A stretch of DNA of 62,441 bases from a virus (taxonomy: Duplodnaviria > Caudoviricetes). Below, piece by piece: positions 16,442 through 25,956 of this stretch. The stretch's first letter is position 1. Each line of letters opens with the position of its first letter. The stretch covers positions 1 to 62,441 of the IMG/VR virus record IMGVR_UViG_3300020579_000013, one strand, 5' to 3'. The translations under genes were made by a program, and so were the position numbers. A model generated the notes under the pieces. It saw nothing but the letters and a program-made list of their open reading frames with translations, did not search any database and was not told the DNA's origin.

Positions 16442-18261
16442 TTCACTTCTCCAAAATTAGCGCCGTAATGGATCTCGACGTCGATGGGGGCATTGGGCAT
16501 CCAGGATAGTGGCGCAGTCATAATGACTCGCGCTTCGCGAACCACTTCCTCAACCCGGCCCACCGGTACAATATAATCCAATTCGTCGTGGACTTGAAGA
16601 GCCGGCCGCAGTTTCAGTTTACGGTGGATCTCCAACATGCAGTGCTTGATGACGATATTGGCGAGCGCTTGGATTATGTTCTCCAGCAGCTTGCCTCCCC
16701 ATATCGATCGCAGCTCGCGGCCGAATAGGTACTGGTAGCCGTCGAAGGTGTTCTCGAGTTTCGGATAGTATAGGAACATGCCATTTGGCAGCTCCACACT
16801 CTCGTGACGAAACGTCAGTGGACCCAATGTTGCCTTGGCGCCGGGGGTAGCCATTATCTCTAACATGGTATCCAGCGTCCGCCATAGTTCCGGGATCTTC
16901 GAGTAGGTGTCCCGATAAATCCCAACCACCTTCGTGGCCTCGCCTAGGTCGACCTTGATGTTCTCTTGAGCTCGGCAGGTTCCAATGTATTTAATTGCCC
17001 CCATACCGTACTGTAGGCCAAGAACAGCGGTCTTAGCGAGGAATCTTTCGCGAGTATCAGCCCTCGAAATCGGCCGGCCATAAAGTCGGCTCGCAAATTG
17101 CGAATAAACGTCCACGCCATCCCTGAAAGCATTAATGAGAGCTTGCTCGTCTGCGAGGCAACAGCAGAGTCGTGCTTCGATCTGGCTAAGGTCGGCACCC
17201 AAGACCACATGTCCTGCTGGCGCGCGAAGTGCGAAGCGAATACGGGACTTATGAGGCTGAGGAAGATTTTGGAGGTTGATCTTTTCGGTTCCTCCATATC
17301 GTCCAGTATGCGCAGCGTAATAAAGAAGTGGGACTCGAAGGCTGCTGGACGTACGTCCCATCTCCAGCAGGCGCGTCGTGCGCGTCTCTTCCAGGGTGGA
17401 TTTAACTCCGGTTCGTGCGGCGCAGAGCGCTGATACGAGCTCGTCGCTTTCGTACTCTTCCACAAAATCTTTCCATGCCTGGTCTGTTTTGGCGAACGCA
17501 TAAGTAGGTTGTCCTGTGGCGGGACTGGTTTTCGTGGGTGGCTCGGCGCCAAAAGACTTGAGAGCCTCGGCGAACCGCTGGTTAGACATCAGGACATCTT
17601 TCGATACAACGGTTGTAACACGCTCCATGAGCGCAGCTTTCTTGGCGACCACCTCTTGGAGATGCTCCGCCAGCAGCGCGACGTCCAATTCGAACTTCGG
17701 CTCCAGGTACATTCGTAGTGTCAGGTCTATGACCTTAAGTTCATCGCGCGGGTAGTCGAGTACTAACTGGTCAAACAGTGCCTTGGTACAGTCGGTGTCG
17801 TTGCAGCAATACTCGGCATATTTGACCAGCTCTTCTCTACTTAAAGAGGCTCTGCTGCGGCCAAACATGTTCGTAACTTCGTCCCCCTTCTCTAATCCCA
17901 GGCCAGCGTACTGCATACAGTTCTTCAACGACGCAGACCCCGTGAAGGGTTTGTATTTCGCCTGAGCCATCAGGCGAGTGTCCAAATATAGGGCAGGAAT
18001 CAGTCCAAAGTGGTGCTGCAAAATCAGACCATCGAATGACATGTTGTGTGCCAAAAGGGCGTGGCGGGAAATGTCGAATTGCTGTAGCCAAGTCCCAGTC
18101 TGCTTCATCGTTCCCGAGAACCATTTGGTGATTCCTCGTAGCTTGACCGACACCAGTATTACTTCGAACCGCGGATCGCGGACGTAGTCCTCGGTGGTCA
18201 TCTTGGATAAGGTGTACTCTGGGCCGTAGAACGACTCAAAGTCCAGTGTGATTATCTCCAT
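16438..18261 (-). CDS. polA: DNA polymerase family A with 3'-5' exonuclease
   Basis: LDFES, AHN..FD, HTGR, DLSQIEAR, K..LG.QYG, QVHDEL. Confidence 0.95.
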   Translation of the reverse strand: MEIITLDFESFYGPEYTLSKMTTEDYVRDPRFEVILVSVKLRGITKWFSGTMKQTGTWLQQFDISRHALLAHNMSFDGLILQHHFGLIPALYLDTRLMAQAKYKPFTGSASLKNCMQYAGLGLEKGDEVTNMFGRSRASLSREELVKYAEYCCNDTDCTKALFDQLVLDYPRDELKVIDLTLRMYLEPKFELDVALLAEHLQEVVAKKAALMERVTTVVSKDVLMSNQRFAEALKSFGAEPPTKTSPATGQPTYAFAKTDQAWKDFVEEYESDELVSALCAARTGVKSTLEETRTTRLLEMGRTSSSLRVPLLYYAAHTGRYGGTEKINLQNLPQPHKSRIRFALRAPAGHVVLGADLSQIEARLCCCLADEQALINAFRDGVDVYSQFASRLYGRPISRADTRERFLAKTAVLGLQYGMGAIKYIGTCRAQENIKVDLGEATKVVGIYRDTYSKIPELWRTLDTMLEIMATPGAKATLGPLTFRHESVELPNGMFLYYPKLENTFDGYQYLFGRELRSIWGGKLLENIIQALANIVIKHCMLEIHRKLKLRPALQVHDELDYIVPVGRVEEVVREARVIMTAPLSWMPNAPIDVEIHYGANFGEVK

Positions 18262-18803
18262 ACGGTGAGCAGGATGCTGTCCTTGACAGGATTGGCCGTA
18301 TCGATAGAAGTGAGATCCACGATCTCAACCCTGGTGAACGTCTGGTTGGAGATATGTTTCACTAGTGCCTTCGCCGCCTCCATGCTTGCGATGTCCTCGA
18401 TCACCAGCAACCCACCTTCGCGCAGCTTGCCGAGATACAGATCCAGAAAGCTAAGCTGGCTGCGCAGGGTGTGCGGACCGTCGTCTACCATGAAGTCGAA
18501 GTACCCATCCGGGAAGAAACTCGCGACGTGATGAGTGTATGCGTCTTGGTGTATGAGTTGGATGCGCTCGGAAGGCACGGTGCGGACAACGACATCCATG
18601 CCGGTGATGTAGGCTTGGGCGAAGTAATCCCGCCACAGCTGTATTGAGCCGCCCTCGTAGATGCCTATCTCGAGCACCTGCCTGACCCGGTCGCGCATTG
18701 GCGCGAGAGCCTGCTCATAGAAGTTCTCAACGTAAGAGTGGGACCGTCCGAACTTGTCGGTCTTGTAATTTCCAGTAAGGCACATCTCGATTAGGCTTGG
18801 CAT
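18252..18803 (-). CDS. Class I SAM methyltransferase, sugar O-methyltransferase-like
   Basis: TDK..HSY, VLEIGI..GGS..W.DYF, DDGPH, GGLLVIED; start trimmed downstream of a hairpin. Confidence 0.8.
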   Translation of the reverse strand: MPSLIEMCLTGNYKTDKFGRSHSYVENFYEQALAPMRDRVRQVLEIGIYEGGSIQLWRDYFAQAYITGMDVVVRTVPSERIQLIHQDAYTHHVASFFPDGYFDFMVDDGPHTLRSQLSFLDLYLGKLREGGLLVIEDIASMEAAKALVKHISNQTFTRVEIVDLTSIDTANPVKDSILLTVWR

Positions 18804-18825
18804 TTGGTTCCCCGGCGCAGTCATA

Positions 18826-18863
18826 AAAAGGGCCCGAACCAAGTATGATACTTGGCCGGGCCC
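18826..18863 (-). terminator. Probable intrinsic terminator
   Basis: GGGCCCG..CCAAGT/ACTTGG..CGGGCCC stem followed by TTTTT on the minus strand. Confidence 0.55.
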
Positions 18864-18880
18864 AAAGTTCAATCTATCTC

Positions 18881-19219
18881 TTACTCAGCTTCCATCTGGA
18901 CAATGATCACTGGGGGCGATTGCCCCGGCTGCAGCGGATCGATCACCAACTGCTCGCGCGTCAGTGGGCCTCGGGTGGGAGACTCTTCGTATACCGTGAT
19001 CGTATATGTCCCGGCATAATTCAGATACCCGAAGTAGCACGTCTCGGAAGTCGACGGGGTCGCCCAAGCGTAGGCGCCTGCAGGTCCGCTGATCGTGCAA
19101 TATGAAGTTGTCCAGCCCTCGGGGGCCTTCACCTCAAGATAAGCCACCGGATGCGTTGTAGTCCCGCGCCCGAACGCCACTGTCGCCACCAAACACAACA
19201 CCAATGCCTTCAACATCAT
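18881..19219 (-). CDS. Exported hypothetical protein
   Basis: TAAGGAG RBS; signal-peptide-like MMLKALVLCLVATVAFG. Confidence 0.7.
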   Translation of the reverse strand: MMLKALVLCLVATVAFGRGTTTHPVAYLEVKAPEGWTTSYCTISGPAGAYAWATPSTSETCYFGYLNYAGTYTITVYEESPTRGPLTREQLVIDPLQPGQSPPVIIVQMEAE

Positions 19220-19230
19220 CTTCTCCTTAG

Positions 19231-19398
19231 TTACCTACCAAACAAAAAACCCTGTGCTCTAGAGTCACGCAAAGAATCCGTGTCATGGGGCGAGAAAAGA
19301 AAATCTAGCCCGCGTCCGCTGAACTCAAATAAATCCAGGTCCGTGAACCCTGCGCCTCCCCATAAAAACTCCCACTCAGTCAGACCCCTACAAAGCAT
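19231..19398 (-). CDS. Microprotein ending QGFLFGR
   Basis: Overlaps vWA gene stop. Confidence 0.55.
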   Translation of the reverse strand: MLCRGLTEWEFLWGGAGFTDLDLFEFSGRGLDFLFSPHDTDSLRDSRAQGFLFGR

Positions 19399-20626
19399 CG
19401 ATGTGTATAGTCTTTCCAAATGGCCCCTCCTGCGGTGTGGTCGCGCACCAGATCACCGGATACCCCGGATCTCTATCGGGGAACGGGCCACACATGTCTG
19501 TGAAGTAGATCAGACAGTCGGGGACAAGACCTTGTTCCTTCACCCACTCGAACGGCGGACGGAAGTCCGTGCCCCCGCCGCCCTTCACCTCTACGTTGTG
19601 CCAGTCAATCTCCTCGTGGATGTTGAACTCTTGGACAGACGCGATGTCAGCGTCGCAGCCTAATAGGATGGTCTGCTCGGGATGACAGGTACGGATGATG
19701 TCCTTGCACTCCCCGCCGAAGCTGTTCATCTCCTTCTGTCCAATACTCCCTGACGTATCCCACACCCACACAATCAGCCTGCACCCGAATGATGCACTGC
19801 GGGGCAGGTACATTCGTTGCTGGGCCAGTCTGCGCCGGTGCGGCCGCTTCCACGTGCTGGTGTCCCGGCTGCTCGATGTTACAACCGTTGTACGCAGGAT
19901 GTCCTGCCACCGGACCTTGGGCTCCAGGAACTCCTCGGCATAGCGCTTGAGGGCCGCAGGCAGCTTCCCACAGGCTTTGGCAGTGTCCAGGGCCGTCTGA
20001 ACCGCCCGCTTCATTTCCGCACTAGACACCTTTCCGGTGTCATAGATATGGACGTCCTGGCCTTTCCCCTTGCCGTTCCCCGGTACGCCGCCACCCGTCA
20101 CCTTCTTGGCGTTCTTCCACAGATCCCGATATACCTCTTCCACGCTCATCTCGCACGTGTACTTCGGGTCCAGCAACCACTCGGGCTCACCCTTTTTGTA
20201 CTTGCCTTGCGGATCGTCGTGGTCAAACCGCTTCATCGCCCCGACCTGGGACTTGACCAGCATGTCATTGATGACATAGTCGGCCGCGATGTTATACAGC
20301 ATCGAGGAGAACGGATTGCCGTCGAACCCGGTGTCTTCATACACCTTGCCGCGCATCATGTGTTCCCACATTGCGTGGCCTACCTCGTGGCACACACCGA
20401 ACACGGCCTCTTCCAGCTTGAGCGTATTCAGGAAGTCCTCGTCTATATAGACAGTCTTGCCGTCGGTCGCCATTGTGGCCGGCATGCCCCCAAACAACTT
20501 CTCGAACTTACCGATGCGGACATCCATGATGTCGAGCAACAGACTCGCGAAGAATGGCACATGCAGAAGCAGTGCCGTCTTCACACCTACAAACATTGGA
20601 TGGTTAGTACCTTGACTTTCAGCCAT
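19388..20626 (-). CDS. Metallopeptidase-vWA domain protein (DUF2201-like)
   Basis: ATDG, HEVGH (HExxH), NIAADY.IN, DTSGS MIDAS, GGGGTDF, YFTD. Confidence 0.88.
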   Translation of the reverse strand: MAESQGTNHPMFVGVKTALLLHVPFFASLLLDIMDVRIGKFEKLFGGMPATMATDGKTVYIDEDFLNTLKLEEAVFGVCHEVGHAMWEHMMRGKVYEDTGFDGNPFSSMLYNIAADYVINDMLVKSQVGAMKRFDHDDPQGKYKKGEPEWLLDPKYTCEMSVEEVYRDLWKNAKKVTGGGVPGNGKGKGQDVHIYDTGKVSSAEMKRAVQTALDTAKACGKLPAALKRYAEEFLEPKVRWQDILRTTVVTSSSRDTSTWKRPHRRRLAQQRMYLPRSASFGCRLIVWVWDTSGSIGQKEMNSFGGECKDIIRTCHPEQTILLGCDADIASVQEFNIHEEIDWHNVEVKGGGGTDFRPPFEWVKEQGLVPDCLIYFTDMCGPFPDRDPGYPVIWCATTPQEGPFGKTIHIDAL

Positions 20627-20680
20627 TTAAATCCTCCCACAAATTATATTGGACGTAAGGATAGCGCCAGCAAAAATCTT

Positions 20681-22054
20681 CTAGGAAAAAGAACCTGCCC
20701 TGCGATCCATATCTTCTAAGATATTTCCTGCAAGACTCGCGGTCAGTTGTCTTTTTCGTAAGTCGTTGCGCAGGGTGTTCGGATCGTGTTTGCATAAGTC
20801 CTTCTCGATGCGCTGCCTGATTGACTCGATGGTGGCGTCGTTCGTCGCGTTCAGATGCGTGAGCAAGTCTACGGTCTCACGCACGTTGCTCACAAGCGTG
20901 TCGTGGAACGTATGCTTAGGATCGCCCAGCCGGTCCGCCATCTTGGCAACGACGTCACGCATTCGACGCCAGACATCTTGCATTGCACCCTCAAGACATT
21001 TGTTACGCTGGGCGGTGAGAGCGTCCGCGAGCTTGCGAGCCTGCTGCGCAGGAAGTCCCTTGAAATCCATCCCGTCGGGTACAGGGCTGAACTCAAAGTC
21101 GAGATTGAACATAGACTCCAGATCATCCGGGGTTGGGTAGTCTGTGATGACAAATGCTTCTCCTAGATTACGTCTTGCCTCTTTGATCAGCTCCGGGAAC
21201 GCTTCGCGCAATTCCTCGCGCTTGGTGTTGACCAGCTGCTTGGCCTGCCCCATCTCGGTGATGTACTCCATGAACAGCGTATTAGCCAGCAACCTCGGAC
21301 CATCTCGTCTACCAGAATCATCCATGCCCGTGGTCGACCACGGCAATGTCATCTGATAGTGCCGAGTGCGTGCGGAGTCAAGAACAGAGTTGACGGCCTT
21401 GAGTTTGTCTTCTGTGCCTGCGAACAACTTTTTGTACGCTGTATACGTGCCATCGACTGAGCCGTGATCCGACTCTGCTTTCTTTGCCGCGCCTTTGTCT
21501 CGCTTTCGGCCAACCCATTTACGAACCTTGAGGCGGCAAAGCGTCGCGAAGTTTCGTATATCCAGTTGTGCGGCAATCGACTCATTGGTGAATTGTGGAA
21601 AAGCAACCACTGGCAGTCTTTCGGCTGGTGCCGCATTAGTCCTCTCCACCTCGGTGCTTGAACCGTCCGTACGCTCATCTTCATCTCCTAGTCCATCCAC
21701 AGGCAAAGCTGCCGCCTGCGGCCGAACTGTTTGTTTCGCCACCAGCACCCCGCCAGTGACGCGCGTTTCTTTCTCGCCATTGCTGGCTCCTGTTACAGTG
21801 GTTGTATCGGCTGGCGCAGTCACAGATTGTTTTGGCGTAGCCAGTTCCGTACCTCTGAGTGGAATACGACTCCTCGCCGAGGTGGGAGTTGGTCGTATTT
21901 GAACAGGCACTGTTGATGTTGGGTTATCCGCATTATTGTCTTTCGGATTAGCAACTTGCTGTTTTTTGTCCACCAGTGGGGCATGGTCGTCTCCATTCAT
22001 TATCTGATCCAAGACAGATTGTAGGTCGAAGTCATTCATATCGAACTCCTGCAA
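20681..22054 (-). CDS. DUF3150-like phage protein with disordered N-terminus
   Basis: W.GRKRDK, YKKL, TLPW..G.RLL, YP; lies between MoxR and vWA genes. Confidence 0.6.
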   Translation of the reverse strand: MQEFDMNDFDLQSVLDQIMNGDDHAPLVDKKQQVANPKDNNADNPTSTVPVQIRPTPTSARSRIPLRGTELATPKQSVTAPADTTTVTGASNGEKETRVTGGVLVAKQTVRPQAAALPVDGLGDEDERTDGSSTEVERTNAAPAERLPVVAFPQFTNESIAAQLDIRNFATLCRLKVRKWVGRKRDKGAAKKAESDHGSVDGTYTAYKKLFAGTEDKLKAVNSVLDSARTRHYQMTLPWSTTGMDDSGRRDGPRLLANTLFMEYITEMGQAKQLVNTKREELREAFPELIKEARRNLGEAFVITDYPTPDDLESMFNLDFEFSPVPDGMDFKGLPAQQARKLADALTAQRNKCLEGAMQDVWRRMRDVVAKMADRLGDPKHTFHDTLVSNVRETVDLLTHLNATNDATIESIRQRIEKDLCKHDPNTLRNDLRKRQLTASLAGNILEDMDRRAGSFS

Positions 22055-22072
22055 GTCGGGTCTCGATGTTAC

Positions 22073-23140
22073 TCATGACTTCTTGTCCAGCAGATTCGCC
22101 GCCTCCAACAATGCTTTGTTACCCCGCAGCCATATGCTGAACTGCGGATGCTGCACGATCTGCGGTGTACGCCGCACGGTGTGCCGCAGCGCGCTGGCCT
22201 GGAACTCCTTGCCCATGCGCGACAAGTACTCGAACGCCTGCACCGCAGTTACGCCATCGATGTTATGAGAGATCATTCTCATGGTGGCGTAGCATGCGTC
22301 CGGCTTCTCCGGCACCTTGGTTGTCTTCGGTTGCGCGACTATATCCGCGTAGCTCGGCAGCTCGTCCACCACCCGCAGGTGCGCAATGAACTGAGCAGCC
22401 GCACCTTCACCTATCGCGCCCGCCGCGAACTCGGTGAACATCTCTGTGCTCATGGTGTCCATGTACGGGCTCAGTCTGCATATCGACCGCGGTGTGCAGA
22501 ACGGGCCGGGCTTCTCGGGCACCTTGTCTGCCAGCACTATGTTGGGTAGTGCCTCTGTGAACGATATGATCTGATGCGCAATGTTGTTCTTCTCCATCCA
22601 GTCCACCAGTGCATCCTTGCTCGGCTCGATCTGGATGTCGGCTATTCTGTTCTGAATAAATGCCATTGTCTTACGGGCACCGGAGCGGTCTTGCTCCCGA
22701 TTGCCCGCTGCAACGACAATCCACCCCGGCGGAAGCTGATAGTCGCCCACTCGACGGTCAAGCATGAGCTCTGCTGCCACCTTGTTGACGTCATCGTCCG
22801 CTTGCGGCTGCTCGTCCAAAAATAAGTAGCCATACTCACCATCCTTCTCGATGTCGACTGCCCAGAAGGGCAGACTGAACTCCATCTTGCTCGTGGCGAT
22901 GTTGCCCTCGGGCGGCAGGCCGTAGCCCTTCACGTCCGGTTGCTCCACCTCGCACAGCCGCACCACCTTGCAGCCGACCAACTGTCCTAGCTTCTTGGTT
23001 AGCTCCAGTGCGGCGTCCTTGACGATGGTACTCTTGCCCATGCCTGGGCTCGACAGCAGGCGTACGCACATATACTCCTGCTTCTCGATTGCCACGTTCA
23101 ACATCGTGATCAACAATCGCTTTGCGTCACTGATCTTCAT
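22073..23140 (-). CDS. MoxR-like AAA+ ATPase
   Basis: SPGMGKST, LFLDE, AAGNR, TPRS. Confidence 0.88.
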   Translation of the reverse strand: MKISDAKRLLITMLNVAIEKQEYMCVRLLSSPGMGKSTIVKDAALELTKKLGQLVGCKVVRLCEVEQPDVKGYGLPPEGNIATSKMEFSLPFWAVDIEKDGEYGYLFLDEQPQADDDVNKVAAELMLDRRVGDYQLPPGWIVVAAGNREQDRSGARKTMAFIQNRIADIQIEPSKDALVDWMEKNNIAHQIISFTEALPNIVLADKVPEKPGPFCTPRSICRLSPYMDTMSTEMFTEFAAGAIGEGAAAQFIAHLRVVDELPSYADIVAQPKTTKVPEKPDACYATMRMISHNIDGVTAVQAFEYLSRMGKEFQASALRHTVRRTPQIVQHPQFSIWLRGNKALLEAANLLDKKS

Positions 23141-23298
23141 TCGGGTTCCTCGTTGTTAAATAAATTTGCCTGCCAGGTATGCCAGAAATTAGCGCCATTT
23201 ACAGTGTCGTCGCCCTCTGGCCATCGTGTCTGCTTCTTTCCCTCCGGGCGTGTCATGCACCAATACCACCAGTAGAACTTATACGGTTCATACGCCAT
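23137..23298 (-). CDS. 53-aa microprotein with QANLF
   Basis: GGGAG RBS; MAYEPYKFYWWYWC...WHTWQANLFNNEEPE; ATGA overlap. Confidence 0.65.
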   Translation of the reverse strand: MAYEPYKFYWWYWCMTRPEGKKQTRWPEGDDTVNGANFWHTWQANLFNNEEPE

Positions 23299-23452
23299 TA
23301 TTCCACTCCCGTTCGAACAGCATCCACTGTTCCGTCCAGTCGAAACCGTGCCCGGCCTTCCCTAAAGACTCGCGCCAGTCCGTTGGCATTAAAATTGTCT
23401 CGTCTGTTGGGATAAACTGGTGCTCTACCAGCCGGTCTCTACTTGTCCTCAT
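23288..23452 (-). CDS. 54-aa microprotein with QWMLF
   Basis: MRTSRDRL...FDWTEQWMLFEREWNNGV. Confidence 0.6.
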   Translation of the reverse strand: MRTSRDRLVEHQFIPTDETILMPTDWRESLGKAGHGFDWTEQWMLFEREWNNGV

Positions 23453-23894
23453 CGGTCTTGGCGGCTGTCTCCGGCGTGACCAGCACCCCTCTATACTGCG
23501 TGGCCAGGCTGGTCATGGGTTCATATAACTCATCCCTGTGTTCCTTCGCGAACTCCAGTACCTTCCGCGGATCCTCTTCGGACATCGGGAACCCCAACAA
23601 CGCGAACAACGCCGCGACACTCTCACCGAACTCCGCCGCATCTTCCAGCTTCGCGAACACCAGCTTCTGGTTTGTTCCGCTGATGCGAAGACCACTTGCC
23701 TTCATCGACACACAGAACGGACCGTTCTTGCGAGTCTTGTAGATGGGATAATCTTTCTGCCGATAGACAGGCAATGCATGCGCTACTACGTGATCGCCGC
23801 ACGCGATGCCGTCGCCCTCTAGGTACACCTGCTCCGAGTTTGTCGGGGCACCAATCTTGATCTTGAACACTTCAACTTTCTTCTCGCTCGTCAT
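23439..23894 (-). CDS. Hypothetical protein
   Basis: AGGAG RBS directly after a palindromic site. Confidence 0.75.
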   Translation of the reverse strand: MTSEKKVEVFKIKIGAPTNSEQVYLEGDGIACGDHVVAHALPVYRQKDYPIYKTRKNGPFCVSMKASGLRISGTNQKLVFAKLEDAAEFGESVAALFALLGFPMSEEDPRKVLEFAKEHRDELYEPMTSLATQYRGVLVTPETAAKTDEDK

Positions 23895-23923
23895 CTGAAC
23901 TCTCCTGTTACAACGGTTGTTAC

Positions 23924-24094
23924 TTACTCTCTCCAACTAAACAAGCACAACTGAAATCTTGGGTACCATCTATCACTAAAGTATCCAGTCCAAGGACTTT
24001 CTAGCTCGCCGGCATTATCCCAATCACAATAATTTTCCGGGCTAAACTCCCCAAAACTCAATTCTCCATCTCTACCGAAGCGCTCTATGGCCAT
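23924..24094 (-). CDS. Microprotein with QLCLF
   Basis: MAIERF...WYPRFQLCLFSWRE. Confidence 0.65.
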   Translation of the reverse strand: MAIERFGRDGELSFGEFSPENYCDWDNAGELESPWTGYFSDRWYPRFQLCLFSWRE

Positions 24095-24267
24095 AAACTC
24101 ACCTGACAAGGGTTGTTGTATTTCTCCCTGTAGAACATCCACCTCCACTCTTGTGTCGCCACATCTAGAGTAATCCACCTCCCGGCCGAAACCTGTATGC
24201 AGTCCGCTCCGCGCGGATATCGGGTGCGGGCAAGACCTTCCGCGTCGAGCGACGGTTTAGTATCCAT
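24085..24267 (-). CDS. Microprotein ending QVSLWP
   Basis: GAGGAG RBS. Confidence 0.65.
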   Translation of the reverse strand: MDTKPSLDAEGLARTRYPRGADCIQVSAGRWITLDVATQEWRWMFYREKYNNPCQVSLWP

Positions 24268-24280
24268 CTTATAAATCTCC

Positions 24281-24490
24281 TCATGTTGTCTCCCGAAACA
24301 AGCAGTACTGCCGATCATAAGCGGCGCTCCATCGCTCATCGTCGGACCTTATGTCGGTGTACGGTCCATCGAACTTATAACTCTCCAGGAACTCAGGAGA
24401 CCAGCTAAAGATAATATGCCCATCGCCTACTTGCACAGAGTGTCCTTGGTCATATCGGCGCGTGCCGTACCTCCAGTTCCTGTCACTCAC
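24281..24490 (-). CDS. Microprotein with QYCLF
   Basis: ORF track; GTG overlaps the upstream stop. Confidence 0.65.
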   Translation of the reverse strand: MSDRNWRYGTRRYDQGHSVQVGDGHIIFSWSPEFLESYKFDGPYTDIRSDDERWSAAYDRQYCLFRETT

Positions 24491-24803
24491 GACGTATCAG
24501 TGACAGCACGTTCATCTGCCTCCGCGTGCATTGGTGGCCGGCGAAGTCGGAGAATATGTGCAGTGTCTCGCCGATGAAATATACCCGCATGTCACGCTGA
24601 CAACCCTTACAAGTAATAGTTCTGTCGTGACGCATTATTGTGGTTTGGAGATACGGCGGCCTTTCTGTCTCCTTTAGGTCGTGGCCTTGTCCCTCTACCT
24701 CTTGTACATATTTAGCCAGTTCCTCCTCCGGGTCTTCACCCGGTAGTGTAGTGATTTCGAGTGTGTCGCTATAACTGACGTGGCGCGCAGTCACGATTGC
24801 CAT
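24483..24803 (-). CDS. Hypothetical protein (CxxC; QMNVL near end)
   Basis: ORF track. Confidence 0.65.
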   Translation of the reverse strand: MAIVTARHVSYSDTLEITTLPGEDPEEELAKYVQEVEGQGHDLKETERPPYLQTTIMRHDRTITCKGCQRDMRVYFIGETLHIFSDFAGHQCTRRQMNVLSLIRRE

Positions 24804-24982
24804 CGCTTAATCGTTGTCCTGGTCGCTCCAGGTTGGGAGAACATCATTGCCTGCACCCGAAGGCAGGGCAGTGATCTGCTGAAGTCTCCTTTGCGGCTGT
24901 AGAATCCCATTTTGCATTCGCAGATGCGGCAGGTCAGCTTTACAAACTTGTGTCCGTCTTCTCTGAGCCATTTGAGTTTCAT
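24791..24982 (-). CDS. Microprotein with CxxC and QAMMF
   Basis: ATG just after the upstream stop. Confidence 0.55.
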   Translation of the reverse strand: MKLKWLREDGHKFVKLTCRICECKMGFYSRKGDFSRSLPCLRVQAMMFSQPGATRTTIKRWQS

Positions 24983-24987
24983 TGTAT

Positions 24988-25188
24988 TTACTCGCTGAAT
25001 AGCATTGCTTGTGCGATTGGACATATCTCTGGCTCCTTTGCAATATAGTTGAAGTTCTTGTCTAGTTGTCCAGTGCCCACATCGAACCACGAGTCACAAG
25101 TGAAGCACCTAAATAACCTGGTGTCTCTGTCGATGTCGCGCAGGTTGTGGAACTGGTTGGCCGCGAGTTGCCATAGGTTGGCGTTCAT
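24988..25188 (-). CDS. Microprotein with CxxC ending QAMLFSE
   Basis: ATGA overlap. Confidence 0.65.
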   Translation of the reverse strand: MNANLWQLAANQFHNLRDIDRDTRLFRCFTCDSWFDVGTGQLDKNFNYIAKEPEICPIAQAMLFSE

Positions 25189-25382
25189 GCGAATAGCTGC
25201 CCTTGCATAGACAGATAGAATGGGGATTTTCCTTCGCGAGCGCGAGTCCAGTGCAAACCCAAAGCCTGCCACTCGCAGTAGTCCAGATAGCACCAGGCTT
25301 TAGGTGCTGGTCCGTTTACTGTTGCATAGCAAGCATACGGCGTAACTCCACCGATCCCGCTAATTTTATCGTATTCTCTCAT
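25185..25382 (-). CDS. Microprotein ending QGQLFA
   Basis: ATGA overlaps at both ends. Confidence 0.65.
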   Translation of the reverse strand: MREYDKISGIGGVTPYACYATVNGPAPKAWCYLDYCEWQALGLHWTRAREGKSPFYLSMQGQLFA

Positions 25383-25516
25383 TGGAACACCATGAGCTGC
25401 ATTGCGTTTCCGAACCAGGTATGACCTCTATTCAGCAAGAAGTCGCCGTGAGTTGGGTTAGTAGCCTTGATTTCTTCCATGTGCAGCCACCTAATCAGAT
25501 CAATACCCTGAATCAT
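25379..25516 (-). CDS. Microprotein ending QLMVFQ
   Basis: ATGA overlaps at both ends. Confidence 0.6.
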   Translation of the reverse strand: MIQGIDLIRWLHMEEIKATNPTHGDFLLNRGHTWFGNAMQLMVFQ

Positions 25517-25596
25517 TGCAGCAGCATCTGAAGCAGCACACCGAACCCAAAGACCAGAGTCAGCCATAAAATTGTCCTGTGTGTTTTAATACTCAT
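25513..25596 (-). CDS. 27-aa single-TM peptide
   Basis: AGGAGG RBS; MSIKTHRTILWLTLVFGFGVLLQMLLQ. Confidence 0.5.
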   Translation of the reverse strand: MSIKTHRTILWLTLVFGFGVLLQMLLQ

Positions 25597-25652
25597 CAAA
25601 CAGATCCTCCTGTTGGTGTATGTATTTGGCAGATCTTGCAGTTGTTCTTCGC

Positions 25653-25850
25653 TCATGCGAATAGGTTGCATTGCTCTGTTCTCCATGCATGTGAAATGTT
25701 ACTGCTGCTTGCTCTACGCCACCCTGCGTAGTCCAGCCAGCCGTATAAAGAAAATCTATCGTCCCCATCGCGAGCCGCACAGGCGTTGGGTGGGACATGC
25801 GGTGTAGACCATCTCTCTGTGCCGTCGATCGGTTTATAAGTGAGTTTCAT
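25653..25850 (-). CDS. Microprotein ending QCNLFA
   Basis: MKLTYK...WRTEQCNLFA. Confidence 0.6.
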   Translation of the reverse strand: MKLTYKPIDGTERWSTPHVPPNACAARDGDDRFSLYGWLDYAGWRRASSSNISHAWRTEQCNLFA

Positions 25851-25956
25851 ACAAACAACCCCATCTGTGTGTGTGCGTATATGGATCTTGCTCGTGTCCA
25901 CGCGTAATATACCAACCTGGAAACAGCAATTCATCCCAAAAGAAATGGCACCTCAT
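25834..25956 (-). CDS. 40-aa ORF whose QMGLF terminus is out of frame at a (CA)5 tract
   Basis: GGAGGT RBS; see findings. Confidence 0.5.
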   Translation of the reverse strand: MRCHFFWDELLFPGWYITRGHEQDPYTHTHRWGCLYETHL

